Below are positions 38,901 through 53,900 of a stretch of 64,000 nucleotides of DNA, piece by piece. Each line of letters opens with the position of its first letter. Position 1 is the first letter of the stretch. The DNA is taken from the NCBI RefSeq assembly GCF_000485595.1, contig NW_014577070.1, positions 646,354 through 710,353 of the forward strand, read 5' to 3'. The DNA is from Priapulus caudatus (Eukaryota). Both the position numbers and the translations under genes were made by a program. Under the pieces are notes generated by a model that was given only the letters and a program-made list of their open reading frames with translations, had not been told where the DNA came from and did not search any database.

Positions 38901-41900
38901 TGCCAACAGTGATTGATGGGGCCTGCTGTGGAGGCAGATTACAGTACACGTTTTATATAAAGGTGTAGACAAATCGTTTACAGGTTCACACACACAGACA
39001 TGCACTTACGGTGTGGAATGATTAGTAGTTGTTCCATGTTTGACAACCTCAGTGAAATAGGGTGCTCAAAGCGTGTACTCATAACGCCTAAAATGCCAAA
39101 TTCTGCCCCTTTAATATGTTATATAGACGAGGTTTAGTTTGTCGGGTTTGCACATTTTTGTTGTTATCTAAACAGATGCAGACTGCTCCAGAGCCACAGA
39201 GGTCAGAGCTTGAAATTCAGAAGAAGCACGAGCCGGTGGAGTTCATGGTCAAGGTATGTATCTGTGATGTACATAAATTATACATGTTAATTAACAAGCG
39301 AACTAACTCATTAATATACTCATAACGATTAGTCGTCCATTAACACAGTAATACATAGAAAGAAGGGACAGTAGCAACATAATTACTGTTGTGTACAGGT
39401 TGATAGCGAACCTCCCATGGTAGAGGAACCGATTTCACAAACGCAGGTACAGCAGGTGAAGGCTGAGCCCATCACCCCGCAGACTCCGTTTGCTCCGCAA
39501 CAGTCAGTTTCGCGTTGTGCGCCTAAACTCAGCTACCCCCGTCCAGTCCAGCACGCATGGCTGTCGTAGAGCAGTAAACTGCGATAGGCTGGTGCGTGGC
39601 GTGGTGGTTGTTCAGCGCACGATGCGTGCGTGAGTTGGTCAGTGAAGGTAGGGAGAGTGCAGCGCTTGGATGTCACTGGCTTCGATGCGGAATGCTGCTT
39701 CCCGCAGCTGAAATTGCGTGATCGATGGAAGTTGTGGGCTGTACTGTAATACTGGTCGTTGTCTTGTTCTTTATTCCTAACTGGTCTTCCCTGTCTTATA
39801 CCACTCGTTAGCTGCATCTGTCTGGTTTAAAAGACTGTGTATTCAAACTTCAATTTTTCTTTTTTGAAAAAGTGTTTTTGAGTGTTTGAGAGTTTTTTGA
39901 TAACATTACTCAAGCTCTCAGCATTATTTCTGGTTGAGTAAGGTTTAATCATGCTGGTGTCGATTTTTATTTATTAGAATATTAGCAAGAAACAAATACA
40001 AGTTTGATTATAAACATGGCCAGTGGATGCTCGTTTGAATTTATGTTTGGCGCTATTGCTTGTGCTACGTACCACTCACTGTTGCTGTGGTAAAGTAAGT
40101 TTCACTATTCTATAATATATTTGCAATAACGCTCTGATTATTACTGCACTGTTAAAGTAGGTATGCAGCATAAATAATAAATAACACAGCTAAAAATAAT
40201 CGTGGAAGGTAAAATAATGAGGCCAGTGATTAGAAATCACAACCCCCTTGTGCATACCGTGTGCCAATAAACAAGAATAGTGTAACTTACCTCACCAATA
40301 GGAAAAGCAACTCACGCAATGGTATCAACCTTAACAGCCAGATTTTAAAATCAGGTTATTGTTTATTTCTCATTACTATTGCAACGTAAATATTGACACT
40401 GAGCAAAAAGAAATCCAAGTTTAATAAGTTGAAAGAAAATAGTTCTGAAGCTAGAGTTGTGTTATCGATCAAATTTTTATTTAAAGGGACAGCCTCTAGG
40501 ATTTTACTGCATACAACTGTACTTACTGTATAACAAATCGTCTATACCCACACGTATTTGTTACCAGATACCTAATTTAATTGTTATAATTAATTACACA
40601 TCATGCTACGAAATTTGAACGGCGCCATGACACCCGCGACCGTCGCTGCCCCAAAAAGTTGCGTATTTGACAATTCATTTTGCACGTTACAGACCGAGGG
40701 CTAATCACAAAAGTGCAATTATATTGATACCTAAATGCTATTTAACACCGAACGATATTCATTTTAGGGCAAATTTATCCATATTATAACTGAAATTATA
40801 TGTCGTTTATAAGAGATTACAATCCTTTTGCTTTTAAATGAATAAATAAGAAACACCCTCGGTCTGTAGCCCTTGGCTGGAAAGTGGTTTTGCGCAACTT
40901 ATCAGATCGTGCGCTTTGAGTGCGCGCCACCGCGTCGTTGTAATCAAAGCTGTAGTCGTTAGTTTTAAAACATTAAAAAAAAAAAGTATTTCTAATGGTG
41001 ATTGAACCATGAAACTTTTTATGAAGCGTAATTATAACCTAAATTAGCTGAAAATAACCCTAGAACCTAGAGTAAACTCTCCCTTTAAATTTTGAGGGTT
41101 GGGTTCATTTTCACAGAAGTATGGAAAATGCGTTTACATGACCCAGACCACATGTGGTGCCCTCCTGTGCTTTTGATATTTTTTTGAAACCTTATTCTTG
41201 TCTGCCTTCCCAACAGCCATGGATGTAACAGATTATTTGAACTCGTAACGTTTTCATCTTTGGGTTAATATTGGCAACGTCTATCAAATAATAATTGTAA
41301 TAATCTATCTAACAAGCATCTCTCTCTTTTTCTCTCTCTTTCGATCTGTGAGGTATGAGGCTCAATGCTATATATATCTCCAGTCAAGTAACGCTATATG
41401 TTCTAACAACTACTCATGTGGGCACGTGTAGATAACGGAGATTGCCATACAGCCTCAACAGCCCCAGCCCACCACTTTTGAGGAGGTTGAGTTAGGTGTG
41501 GACGTGATGGGGCTGAGGTTGAGCAGCCCCCGCCCCACCACGCAGATACAGCCACCTGCACCACAACGCACACATTGCAGAGTTGCCAGCAACCCTTACA
41601 ACAGGAAACTGTACAACTGCCACAGACGGGGTAGAAAAATGATTTTCTTAGTGTGCATTTTTTTTTAGCTCGTGCATCTTTTTTAGGTTTCATACTTAAA
41701 GACAGATGTCATATATATATATGTATATATACATGTATAAAAAAATAGAAATTTTACATATCTAGGCACATCCAGTTCCCTCATCTGCCTTCACAATCGC
41801 CAACAAAAGCTCCTTTGTAACAATTAATTTAACTTGTAACTTGGACTTTTTTATATAATATGGCCAATGTCTATCCAAACAATTAATATATATATATATA

Positions 41901-44900
41901 TATATAATAGGCCTAATTGTAGCATAATGGGTTGGTGGATGGATGCCTTCGTTTTCCATCTTGATGCAGGTAGCTCTCAATTTACGCAGAATAATTATGT
42001 TGTTGAGGGGCTTTAAGTTTTTAATAAAACAATACCTGATATTATACCAGTGGCAATTGGAGTTTAAATGTACGAGGAAATTATGGACTCAGAAAGGCAT
42101 GGAAATTGGGTCATTATTATGTTTTGTCCTTGAAAATTCTTAACAAAATTTTGCAAATATCTATCTTGTCTAAGGGGCAATAAAATTGGCATTTTTCTAG
42201 TTCCAGATTATTAAACTCGCCAATCATGTCTCGCAAAAATAACCGTTCCCTTTCTTGTTATCTCTGCCCCAGTTCTTCATCTTATCAGCAGCTGCTGTGT
42301 CTATTTCATTGTTTCTCGATCTGTGAGGTATGAGGCTCAGTGCTATATATATATATCTCCAGTCAAGTAGAGCTATATGTTCTAACAACTACTCATGTGG
42401 GCATGTGTAGGTAATGGAGATTGACATACAGCCCCAGCAACCCCAGCCCGCCACCTTTGAGGAGGTGCAGTTTAAGGTGGATGTAATGGCGGGTGAGGTT
42501 GGTCCTGCCCCGCAGCCCCCGCCCACCACGCAGATACAGCCACCTGCGCCACAACCACACATTACAGAGTTGCAGCAATCCTTACAACAGGGACCTGTAC
42601 AACTGCCACAGACGGAGGTAGAAGACGCGTTGCTTCCAGTGCACTTTATAGCTACAATTCCTTTTTTTGTATTTTTTACTTTTCCCATTTCTGTTCAATA
42701 AAACACAGTGACATTACTCAAACGTTAATACAAAATATATATGCAGGTTTTCATTTTGATGGAACTCTCGTATCGAAGTGAAAACCACAATTATTTATAC
42801 TTTACGTTAGAGTAGTGTTATTTGGGAGAAGTATGGATTTTTTTACATTACCACACACATGTCATTCTACTTTGTACGGTTGACATTTTCCAGACCGTAT
42901 TCATGTCGCCCTCATACTACCCACATAACAATTAATTTGAAACTTGTAACGTTGGCCTCATTTCCGTAATATTATTAACGTCCATCGAACAACAATGTGT
43001 CTAACAGGTTTTACTTTATTTGGAATAATGCGATGGAAAGATAGATACCTTCATGCTCAATATTTCAGTATTATTTTCTGGATAGATTTTCCATGCAATA
43101 GATGACCACGTGTCATTTTTAATCCTACTCCATCTCTCCATCTCATCGGCTGTGCTTCTGTCTGCTTGTCTATATGTCTATCACTCATTCTTTTGATCTG
43201 TGAGGTATGAGGCTCAGTGCTATATATATCTCCAGTCAAGTAACGCTATATGTTCTAACAACTACTCATGTGGGCATGTGTAGGTAATGGAGATTGACAT
43301 ACAGCCCCAGCAACCCCAGCCCGCCACCTTTGAGGAGGTGCAGTTTAAGGTGGATGTAATGGCGGGGGAGGTTGGTCCTGCCCCGCAGCCCCGCCCGCAC
43401 CACTCAGATAGCAGCCACCGCGCCACAAAACCACACATTACAGAGTTGCACGCACCCTTACAACAGGACGCTGTACAACTGCCGCCGTCAGAGGTAGAAG
43501 ACGAATTGCATGGAGTGCGTTTTTTAGCTGCCGCATCTTTTTATCATGTATTTTTGCGATGTATTGTGGATCGAATGAATGAACAAAAACCACAGCCATT
43601 GTTGTCAGCCAGCTTTTGCCAATGAGTAAGCTCATTTAAAGCAGGGTCATTGCACTGATGATTTTGACCCGGCTGTTTGAGCGACTGTTTTTATCACTAT
43701 TAACCTTGAATGTCTAGATTTGTATTGCAGATTTGTATAGACATGCTCTTAATTAGGTGCTTGCGAGTGTTTGACACATTCTGTTGAAATGCGTGTTTCT
43801 TCAACGTTAGGCATATTGTAAACGTTGGGGAGTATAAATAAGTGCATGGCTTTTGCGTTCATTTGAATAACGACAGAAAGAGCATGGTTGCGCATCAAGT
43901 CTAGCATGAGTACTTGTGCACGAGTCATACTGGCCACAGTCTCTCGTAGCAGAAAGGCAAGGTAAGTGTTGGGTATATAACACCAACATCTATTTTCACA
44001 TTTCATATCGTTATTTAGAGTATCCACTACTCAAGTTACCACTAGTACTTGTATTCAGCATACTTATATATAACCGGATGGTGCATTGCCATCTATAGTT
44101 TGACAAAATATAATCATTTCAAATCTGTACCTCTTTAATGTTCGTTACGTTAGTTAATGAGATTATGTACTCTTGACGTGTTACGCCTGTAACATATTAT
44201 CAGGAGTAGATATTCCCTATTATCTACTCCTGATATTATAGATGAATAAAAATGCACAAAACATCCTTTGTGAAGGGCCAAAAATGACAAACAAAGACGA
44301 AAAGGCCAACGAAGACTCAACACGTACAATACGTGAATGAAAATATTCAAATCACTCGATAGAAGTTTGAAGTTGGACGAAACATCTTTTAGATAATATA
44401 TTGTGCCATTCTACATTCTAACAACCATCATATATTAGAATTGATGTTCAATACATTGATACATTATTATTGTTAATATTATGTCCAGTCAGTTTTGAGT
44501 GTGGACATTAGATATTTTAGTGTTTGTTAGAGTGCTTTACATATTAATTAATAACACGTAATTCACATTGTCCATAGTCTATTGACATAGTTCATAATGT
44601 GTGGTGCCAAGTTTCCAGATGACATCGGGGTTGAATTGTCTGATTGCTAATTAATGAAGTCAAAGAAATGTCTATGACTTCAAACGAAAGCAGTTTTGTT
44701 TAAATTTGATAAATTTTGTGTTGATACTGGAAACGAGGTAAACGGGAGCTTGGGATAAATTTAAATTGGGCTCTTTCTATCTATCTTGTTAGTGTTCAAT
44801 TAGGTATTCCTTAGTCACACTCATTTTATTCCTAGCTTATATATCGAAATTCTCTCTCACACTAATCGATTTTTCACATTTCTATTTACATCAATCTATT

Positions 44901-47900
44901 TACCTAGATGTTTATACTTTTAGATTAGAGATTTATATATGAGATTTCCTCGTGTAGTTACTCAGCCTATGTAACTTACAGCGAATGTTCTTTCAATGCT
45001 ACGCTCGTAGTGTATAGCATCTTGCACTGTGGCAAACCTCTTGTACTCACATTTGCACACGTTTTCTGTGTTGCCGTTTAGGCTCCCTGGGCTCCTCAAG
45101 AGCAGGCGAGACCCCAAGCTCCATTACAGGTTCGTAGGCATGCTACTAATTTGCCCTAGTTCTAACTTTTTTTCTCTATTTTCTTTTTCTCTTAAAAGCT
45201 GCAGAAGTATTGTCAACAAAACAGCGTCTAAATTGATTTTAAAGCACTATTTTTACATTGAACTCAAATTTTTTTTTTTAGACCATCAGGCCCCAGGACC
45301 CCCCCCCCCCAATCCAAATTACTGGTTACGCCCTTGCCGTACTGTCTATTTCTAGTGTAGCATTTGTTATACGCATTTATATAACTAGGAATTCTGTTGT
45401 GTTGTAGATGCCACAGCAGTTCGAGGAGGTTCAATTCCAAGTAGGCTTCCAGGCAGAACCGATGGTGCTGCAACCTGCTGCACATCCACAGGTAATCAAC
45501 ACTACCTGCTCATAGTCAGATTTTATTAAGAGGTACTTCACTTCGTCTTGTACAAATCACTGAATATTTGAAATTGTAGTATATAAACAAGAGGTGAATG
45601 TAGTTCTAAGGTTACTGCTGTGTCATTCCAGGTGATCTCATAAGCCAAAATGTTGAATTTAACAAAATTACAATCTTGAGCTGATACTAGTTGGACATTT
45701 TACAATTTTCAAGTAGCGATAGAATGAATATAGAATTTGTGTTATTGGGATACAAAAGATCCCATTAAATTTGGCACATGTAGTTTTAGCAATGTTAAAA
45801 TGCCTTTTGCTGGAAAAGAATTTGGGTGTGCGTTAAAGGTACAGAAATGGGCATTTTAGGTGTATTCATGGATTCAGTTTGGGCCAAAACCTTGGCCAAC
45901 AGTGATTGATGGGGCCTGCTTGTGGAGCAGATTACAGTACACGTTTTTATATAGAGGTGTAGACAAATCGTTTACAGGTTCACACACACAGACCACTTAC
46001 GGTGTGGAATGATTAGTAGTTGTTCCATGTTTGACAACCTCAGTGAAATAGGGTGCTCAAAGCGTGTACTCATAACGCCTAAAATGCCAAATTCTGCCCC
46101 TTTAATATGTTATATAGACGGGGTTTAGTTTGTCGGGTTTGTACATTCTTTTTGTTATCTAAACAGATGCAGACTGCTCCAGAGCCACAGAGGTCAGAGC
46201 TTGAAATTCAGAAGAAGCACGAGCCGGTGGAGTTCATGGTCAAGGTATGTATCTGTGATGTACATAAATTATACATGTTAATTAACAAGCGAACTAACTC
46301 ATTAATATACTCATAACGATTAGTCGTCCATTAACACAGTAATACATAGAAAGAAGGGACAGTAGCAACATAATTACTGTTGTGTACAGGTTGATAGCGA
46401 ACCTCCCATGGTAGACGAACCGATTTCACAAACGCAGGTACAGCAGGTGAAGGCTGAGCCCATCACCCCGCAGACTCCGTTTGCTCCGCAACAGGTCAGT
46501 TTCGCGTTGTGCGCCTAAACTCAGCTACCCCCCAGTCCCAGCACGCATGGCTGTCGTAGAGCAGTAAACTGCGATAGGCTGGTGCTGGCGGTGGGTGGTT
46601 GGTTCAGCGCACGATGCGTGCGTGAGTTGGTCAGTGAAGGTAGGGAGAGTGCAGCGCTTGGATGTCACTGGCTTCGATGCGGAATGCTGCTTTCCCAGCT
46701 GAAATTGCGTGATCGATGGGAAGTTGTGGGCTGTACTGTAGTACTGTCGTTGTCTTGTTCTTTATTCCTAACTGGTCTTACCTGTCTTATACCACTCGTT
46801 AGCTGCATCTGTCTGGTTTAAAAGACTGTATTCAAACTGAATTTTTCTTTTTTGAAAAAGTGTTTTTGAGTGTTTGAGAGTTTTTTGATAACATTACTCA
46901 AGCTCTCAGCATTATTTCTGGTTGAGTAATGGTTTAATCATGCTGGTGTCGATTTTTACTGTTAGAATATTAGCAAGAAACAAATACAAGTTTGATTATA
47001 AACATGGCCAGTGGGTGCTCGTTTGAATTTATGTTTGGCGCTATTGCTTGTGCTACGTACCACTCACTGTTGCTGTGGTAAAGTAAGTTTCACTATTCTA
47101 TAATACATTTGCAATAACGCTCTGATTATTACTGCACTGTTAAAGTAGGTATGCAGCATAAATAATAAATAACACAACTAAAAATAACCGTGGAAGGTAA
47201 AATAATGAGGCCAGTGATTAGAAATCAAAACCCCTTGTGCATACCGTGTGCCAATAAACAAGAATAGTGTAACTTACCTCACCAATAGGAAAAGCAACTC
47301 ACGCAATGGTATCAACCTTAACAGCCAGATTTTAAAATCAGGTTATTGTTTATTTCTCATTACTATTGCAACGTAAACATTGACACTTAGCAAAAATAAA
47401 TCCAAGTTTAATAAGTTGAAAGAAAATAGTTCTGAAGCTAGAGTTGTGTTATCGATCAAATTTTTATTTAAAGGGACAGCCTCTAGGATTTTAACATGCC
47501 ATACAACTGTACTTACTGTATAACAAATCGTCTATACCCACACGTATTTGTTACCAGATACCTAATTTAATTGTTATAATTAATTACACATCAATGCTAC
47601 GAAATTTGAACGGCGCCATGACACCCGCGACCGTGCTGCCCCCCAAAAGTTGCGTATTTGACAATTCATTTTGCACGTTACAGACGAGGGCTAATCACAA
47701 AAGTGCAATTATATTGATACCTAAATGCTATTTAACCGAACGATATTCATTTTAGGGCAAATTTATCCATATTATAACTGAAATTATATGTCGTTTATAA
47801 GATTACAATCCTTTTGCTTTTAAATGAATAAATAAGAACACCCTCGGTCTGTAGCCCTTGGCTGGAAAGTGGTTTTGCGCACTTATCAGATCGTGCGCTT

Positions 47901-50900
47901 TGAGTGGCGCCACCGTCGTTGTAATCAAACTGTAGTCGTTAGTTTTAAAACAAAAAAAAAAGTATTTCTAATGGTGATTGAACATGAAACTTTTTATGAA
48001 GCGTATTATAACCTAAATTAGCTGAAAATAAACCCTAGAACCTAGAGTAAACTCCCTTTAAATTTTGAGGGTTGGGTTCATTTTCACAGAAGTATGGAAA
48101 ATGCGTTTACATGACCAGACACATGTGGTGCCCTCCTGTGCTTTTGATATTTTTTGAAACCTTATTCTTGTCTGCCTTCCCAACAGCCATGGATGTAAAC
48201 AGATTATTTGAACTCTAACGTTTTCATCTTTGGGTTAATATTGGCAACGTCTATCAAATAATAATTGTAATAATCTATCTAACAAGCATCTCTCTCTTTT
48301 TCTCTCTTTCGATCTGTGTAGGTATGAGGCTCAATGCTATATATATCTCCAGTCAAGTAACGCTATATGTTCTAACAACTACTCATGTGGGAACGTGTAG
48401 ATAACGGAGATTGGCCATACAGCCTCAACAGCCCCAGCCCACCACTTTTGAGGAGGTTGAGTTAGGGTGGACGTGATGGGGCTGAGTTGAGCAGCCTCCG
48501 CCCACCACGCAGATACAGCCACCTGCGCCACAACCACACATTGCAGAGTTGCAGCAACCCTTACAACAGGAAACTGTACAACTGCCACAGACGGAGGTAG
48601 AAAATGATTTTCTTAGTGTGCATTTTTTTTTTAGCTCGTGCATCTTTTTTAGGTTTCATACTTAAGACAGATGTCATATATATATATGTATATATACATG
48701 TATAAAAAAAATAGAAATTTTACATATCTAGGCACATCAGGTTCCCTCATCTGCCTTCACAATCGCCACAAAAGCTCCTTGTAACAATTAATTTTAACTT
48801 GTAACTTGACTTTTTATTATAATATGGCCAATGTCTATCCAACAATAATATAATAATAATATATATATATCTATATATAATAGGCCTAATTGTAGCATAA
48901 TGGGTTGGTGGGATGGATGCTTTCGTTTTTCATCTTGATGCAGGTAGCTCTCAATTTACGCAATAATTATGTTGTTGAGGGGCTTTAAGTTTTTTAATAA
49001 AACAATACCTGATATTATACCAGTGGAAATGCAGTTTAAATGTACGAGGAAATTATGGACTCAGAAGGCATGGAAAGGCTGAAAATTATTATTATGTTTT
49101 GTCCTTGAAATTTCTTAACAAAAATTTTGACAAATATCTATCTTGTCTAAGGGGCAATAAAATTGGCATTTTTCTAGTTCCCAGAATTATTAAACTCGCA
49201 ATCATGTCTCGCAAAAATTAACCGTTCCCTTTCTTGTTATCTCTGCCCCAGTTTCTTCATCTTATCAGCAGCTGCTGTGTCTATTTCATGTTTTCTCGAT
49301 CTGTGAGGTATGAGGCTCAGTGCATATATATATATATATATATCTCATCAAGTAGAGCTATATGTTCTAACAACTACTCATGTGGGCATGTGTAGGTAAT
49401 GGAGATTGACATACAGCCCCGCAGCAACCCCAGCCGCCACCTTTGAGGAGGTGCAGTTTAAGGTGGATGTTATGGCGGGTGAGGTTGGTCCTGCCCGCAG
49501 CCCCCGCCACCACGCAGATACAGCCACCTGCGCCACAACCACACATTACAGAGTTGCAGCAATCCTTACAACAGGGACTTGTACAACTGCCACAGACGGA
49601 GGTAGAAGACGCGTTGCTTCCAGTGCACTTTATAGGCTACAATTCCTTTTTTTGTATTTTTTACTTTTCCATTTCTGTTCAATAAAACACAGTGACATTA
49701 CTCAAACGTTAATACAAAATATATATGCAGGTTTTTCATTTTGATGGAACTCTTCGTATCGAAGTGAAAACCACAATTATTTATACTTTACGTTAGAGTA
49801 GTGTTATTTGGGAGAAGCTATGGATTTTTTTTACATTACCACACACATGTCATTCTACTTTGTACGGTTGACATTTTCCAGACCGTATTCATGTCCGCCC
49901 TCACCCATAACAACTACCGCACTACCCACATAACAATTAATTTGAAACTTGTAACGTTGGCCTCATTTCCGTAATATTATTAACGTCCATCGAACAACAA
50001 TGTGTCATAACAGGTTTTACTTTATTTGGAATAATGCGATGGAAAGATAAGATTTCATGCTCAATATTTCAGTATTATTTTCTGGATAAATTTTCCATGC
50101 AATAGATGACCACGTGTCATTATTTAATCCTACTTCGCATCTCTCCATCTCATCGGGCTGTTCTTCTGTCTGCTTGTCTATCGTCTATTCACTCATTCTT
50201 TTGATCTGTGAGGTATTGAGGCTCAGTGCTATATATATCTCCAGTCAAATAATCGCTATATGTTCTAACAACTACTCATGTGGGCATGTGTAGGTAATGG
50301 AGATTGACATACAGCCCAGCAACCCCAGTCCGCCACCTTTGAGGAGGTGCAGTTTAAGGTGGATGTAATTGGCAGCGGGGGGAGGTTGTCCTGCCCGCAG
50401 CCCCCGCCCACCTCGCAGATACAGCCACCTGCGCCACAACCACACATTACAGAGTTGCAGCAACCCTTACAACAGGGACCTGTACAACTGCCGCCGTCAG
50501 AGGTAGAAGACGAATTGCATGGAGTGCGTTTTTTAGCTGCCGCATCTTTTTATCATGTATTTCTTGGCGATGTATTGTGGATCGACTGAATGAACAAAAA
50601 CCACAGCCATTGTTGTCAGCCAGCTTTTGCCAATGAGTAAGCTCATTTAAAGCAGGGTCATTGCACTGATGATTTTGACCCGGCTGTTTGAGCGACTGTT
50701 TTTATCACTATTAACCTTGTATGTCTAGATTTTGTATTGCAGATTTGTATAGACATGCTCTTAATTAGGTGGCTTGCGAGTGTTTGACACATTCTGTTGA
50801 AATGCGTGTTTCTTCAACGTTAGGCATTTGTAAACGTTGGGGAGTATAAATAAGTGCATGGCTTTTGTCGTTCATTTGAATAACGACAGAAAGAGCATGG

Positions 50901-53900
50901 TTGCGCCATCAAGTCTAGCATGAGTACTGTTGCACGTGAGTCATACTGGCCAGCAGTTCTCTTCGTAGCAGAAAGGACAAGGTAAGTGTTGGTATATAAC
51001 ACAACATCTATTTTCACATTTCATATCGTTATTTAGAGTATCCATTACTCAAGTTACCAAGCTAGTACTTGTATCAGCATACTTATATATAACGCGGATT
51101 TGGTGCATTGCCATCTATAGTTTTGACAAAATATAATCATTCAAATCTGTACCTCTAATGTCGTTACGGTTATGTTAATGAGATTATGTACTCTTGGCGT
51201 GTTACGCACTGTAAACATATTATCAGGAGTAGATATTCCCTCATTATCTACTTCCTGAATATGTATTAGATGAAATAAAAATGCACAAAACTCCTTTGTG
51301 AAGGGGCCAAAAATGACAAAACAAACAGACGAAAGGCCAAGCGAAGAGCTCCAACACGTACAATACGTGATATGAAAATATTCGAATCACTCGATAGAAG
51401 TTTGAGTTGGCGAAACAATCTTTTAGATAATATATCTGTGGCCTATTCTACATTTCTAACAACCATTCATATATTAAGATTCATTGATGTTCAATACATA
51501 TGATATATTCATTATTGTTAATATTATGTCACAGTCAGTTTTGAGTGTTGGACATTAGATATTTTAGTGTTTGTTAGAGTGCTTTGACATATTAATTTTA
51601 ATACACGTAATTCACATTCGTGACGCTATAAGTCTATTGACATAGTTCATTAATGTGTGTTGCGCAAGTTTTGCCAGATGACATCGGGTGTTGGAATTGG
51701 TTCTGATGCTATTAATGAGTAAAGAAATGTCCTATGACTTCAAACGAAAGCAGGTTTTGTTTAATTTGAATAAATTTGTGTGTTGATGCTTGAAACGAGG
51801 TTTTTTTTTTAAACGGAGGCTTGGATAAATTTAAATTGGCTCTTTCTATCTATCTTGTTAGTGTTTCAATTAAGGTATTCCTAGCTCACACTCATTTTTT
51901 ATTCCTAGCTTATATATCGAAATTCTCTCTGCACACTAATCTATTTCACATTTCTATTTACATCAATCTATATTACCTTAGATGTTTATATACTTTTTAG
52001 ATTAGGATTTTATATTTTGGAAAAAAGATTCTCCTCAGTGTAGTTACTCAGCCTATGTAACTTTACAGCGAATGTTCCTTTTCATTGCTACGCTCAGTAG
52101 TTGTAATAGCATCTTTGCACTGTGGCAAACCTCTTGTACTCACAATTTGCAGCACGTTATTCTGTGTGCGTTGTTAGCTCCCTGGGGCTCCTCAAGAGCA
52201 GGCGAGACCCGCAAGCTCCATTACAGGTTTCGTAGGCAATGCTACTAATTTGCCCTAGTTCTATTCGACCATGCGGTTCATCCAGGTTGCTTGATATACG
52301 AACTCCATTTGATTATATAGGATATATATATATATATTATATATATATACATATGATTATATATATTATATGTAATATAATATTATTGTTTATTATATTA
52401 CAATATAGTAATTTTTATTGTTTGATGAGATAAACCACATCATGAGGTTAAGAGAAAAATTGCAGTCTAGCCAGAACACCAACCTTTACTGTTATCGGTG
52501 ATATTGGAGATTTATGCAACCTGAATGAAACCACATTTCCATTTATTGTAATTTAGTTTAACATTGATTTGTTTTCTCGTCTTGTGTTCGTCCTCATCAT
52601 CTTCCACAGTCCATAGTTAATATGTACTGTCTTGTCAGCATGGACTCAATGCTGCCCACCGTGTATTATCTATTTCCATTATTGTTAACTCCTGCCACTG
52701 GGCAGCTCTTCTAAACTCCTAATGTGCTCTTGGCATCACCCGTCTCTCAGAATTGTCCACATCATCATCATCTACCTCTCATATTGTGTTTTTCTCACAT
52801 CTTTACTCACCTTTTCAACGTCCACTGATCCAAGTCCGTTTTAATGCCTGAAAGTGTTTTAGTGAAATTGTGTAGTCAACGTGTAGCATGGCAGCATGGT
52901 CTATTAGTGTTTTAAAAGTAATCACATATATATATATAAAGTGTAATGATAGTAGTAGTAGATGATGTATATAGTAAAACTGACTATTTATGCTATTAGT
53001 AAAGACCGAGTTGTCAGTCAGGAGCCACATACAGTTGCTTTAAAAATCAGATGTCAGCATTTCTCGTGCCCGAAGTAGAGTCTAGGTGGATTCATGCTAG
53101 TAGAGGTATTAGTTATTCAGATCGAATACAATGTCATCAAAGGTACTTTGACGTACGCCAAACAAAACGCACACACAAACAAATCCCAACTCGATTATCA
53201 GCACAGTGCTGCAATCGAGTGAAGACCTTTTGCAAAGTGACTTCGGAGGGTCTTGTACGCATGTTGTCTGTTTGTCGAGCAGAGAGAGGAGCCCACGGAG
53301 TCGATGCAGCAGCCCTTGCCGCAGGCAGGCTTCTTCACTCATCAGGTAAGCAGGTTCACAGCTGTGCTAGTATTAGAGTTGAGCTCCTAGTTCACAGCTA
53401 TACTAGTATTGTAGTTGAGCTCCTAGTTCACAGCTGTGCTAGTATTAGAGTTGAGCTCCTAGTTCGCAGCTATACTAGTTTCGTAGCCGACCTTTTATCT
53501 GTAGGTGGTGATGAGTTTTCCTGTGTCCCAGTTTCAAATGTCGTTGCATAATGTTTAACATTATCATTAACATTAACGCATGAAGTAATTTTCTAGTTTT
53601 TGTGGGTACCTAGACTGGCTATTTTGTAGATTCGTGCGTCGAGGTTTCTTGCGGTTTGGTTTTTACATTTGCCAGCCTTCTTTCGGAGCGTTCTTACATA
53701 ATTCTTTTTTAATGTCCAGACAACCATGCAGGCCGATTTGGAGGATCAGGTGCAGCGACAGCCAATGCCGTCTATGCAACGGCAACAGCTTCCCCAAGCT
53801 GGCATAACTTCTACTGTACAGGTGCGTTTCCGAGGAATTGAGCATGTGAATAGACTGATAAGTAAACGTAGTCTACTAAACTAGTGCAGAAACCATTTTT

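Larger units (their letters stand above)
37842..52263 (+). repeat. tandem duplication of a ~7.2 kb exon/intron block (37842-45164 and 45165-52263)
   Basis: Colinear near-identity across introns and exons A-G, offset ~7.0 kb; differences are mostly 1-2 nt indels; real or assembly artefact. Confidence 0.9.

Noticed and set aside
43877..43961. Possible extra small exon (cgacag ... AAG|gtaagt), duplicated at ~50890-50981
   Set aside because: Strong donor, but both copies contain stops or indels and disagree, so the frame cannot be established; needs polished sequence.
26023..53479. 31-, 26-, 54- and 36-bp arrays as possible CRISPR arrays
   Set aside because: Head-to-tail repeats with no unique spacers, no cas genes and a eukaryotic intronic context.
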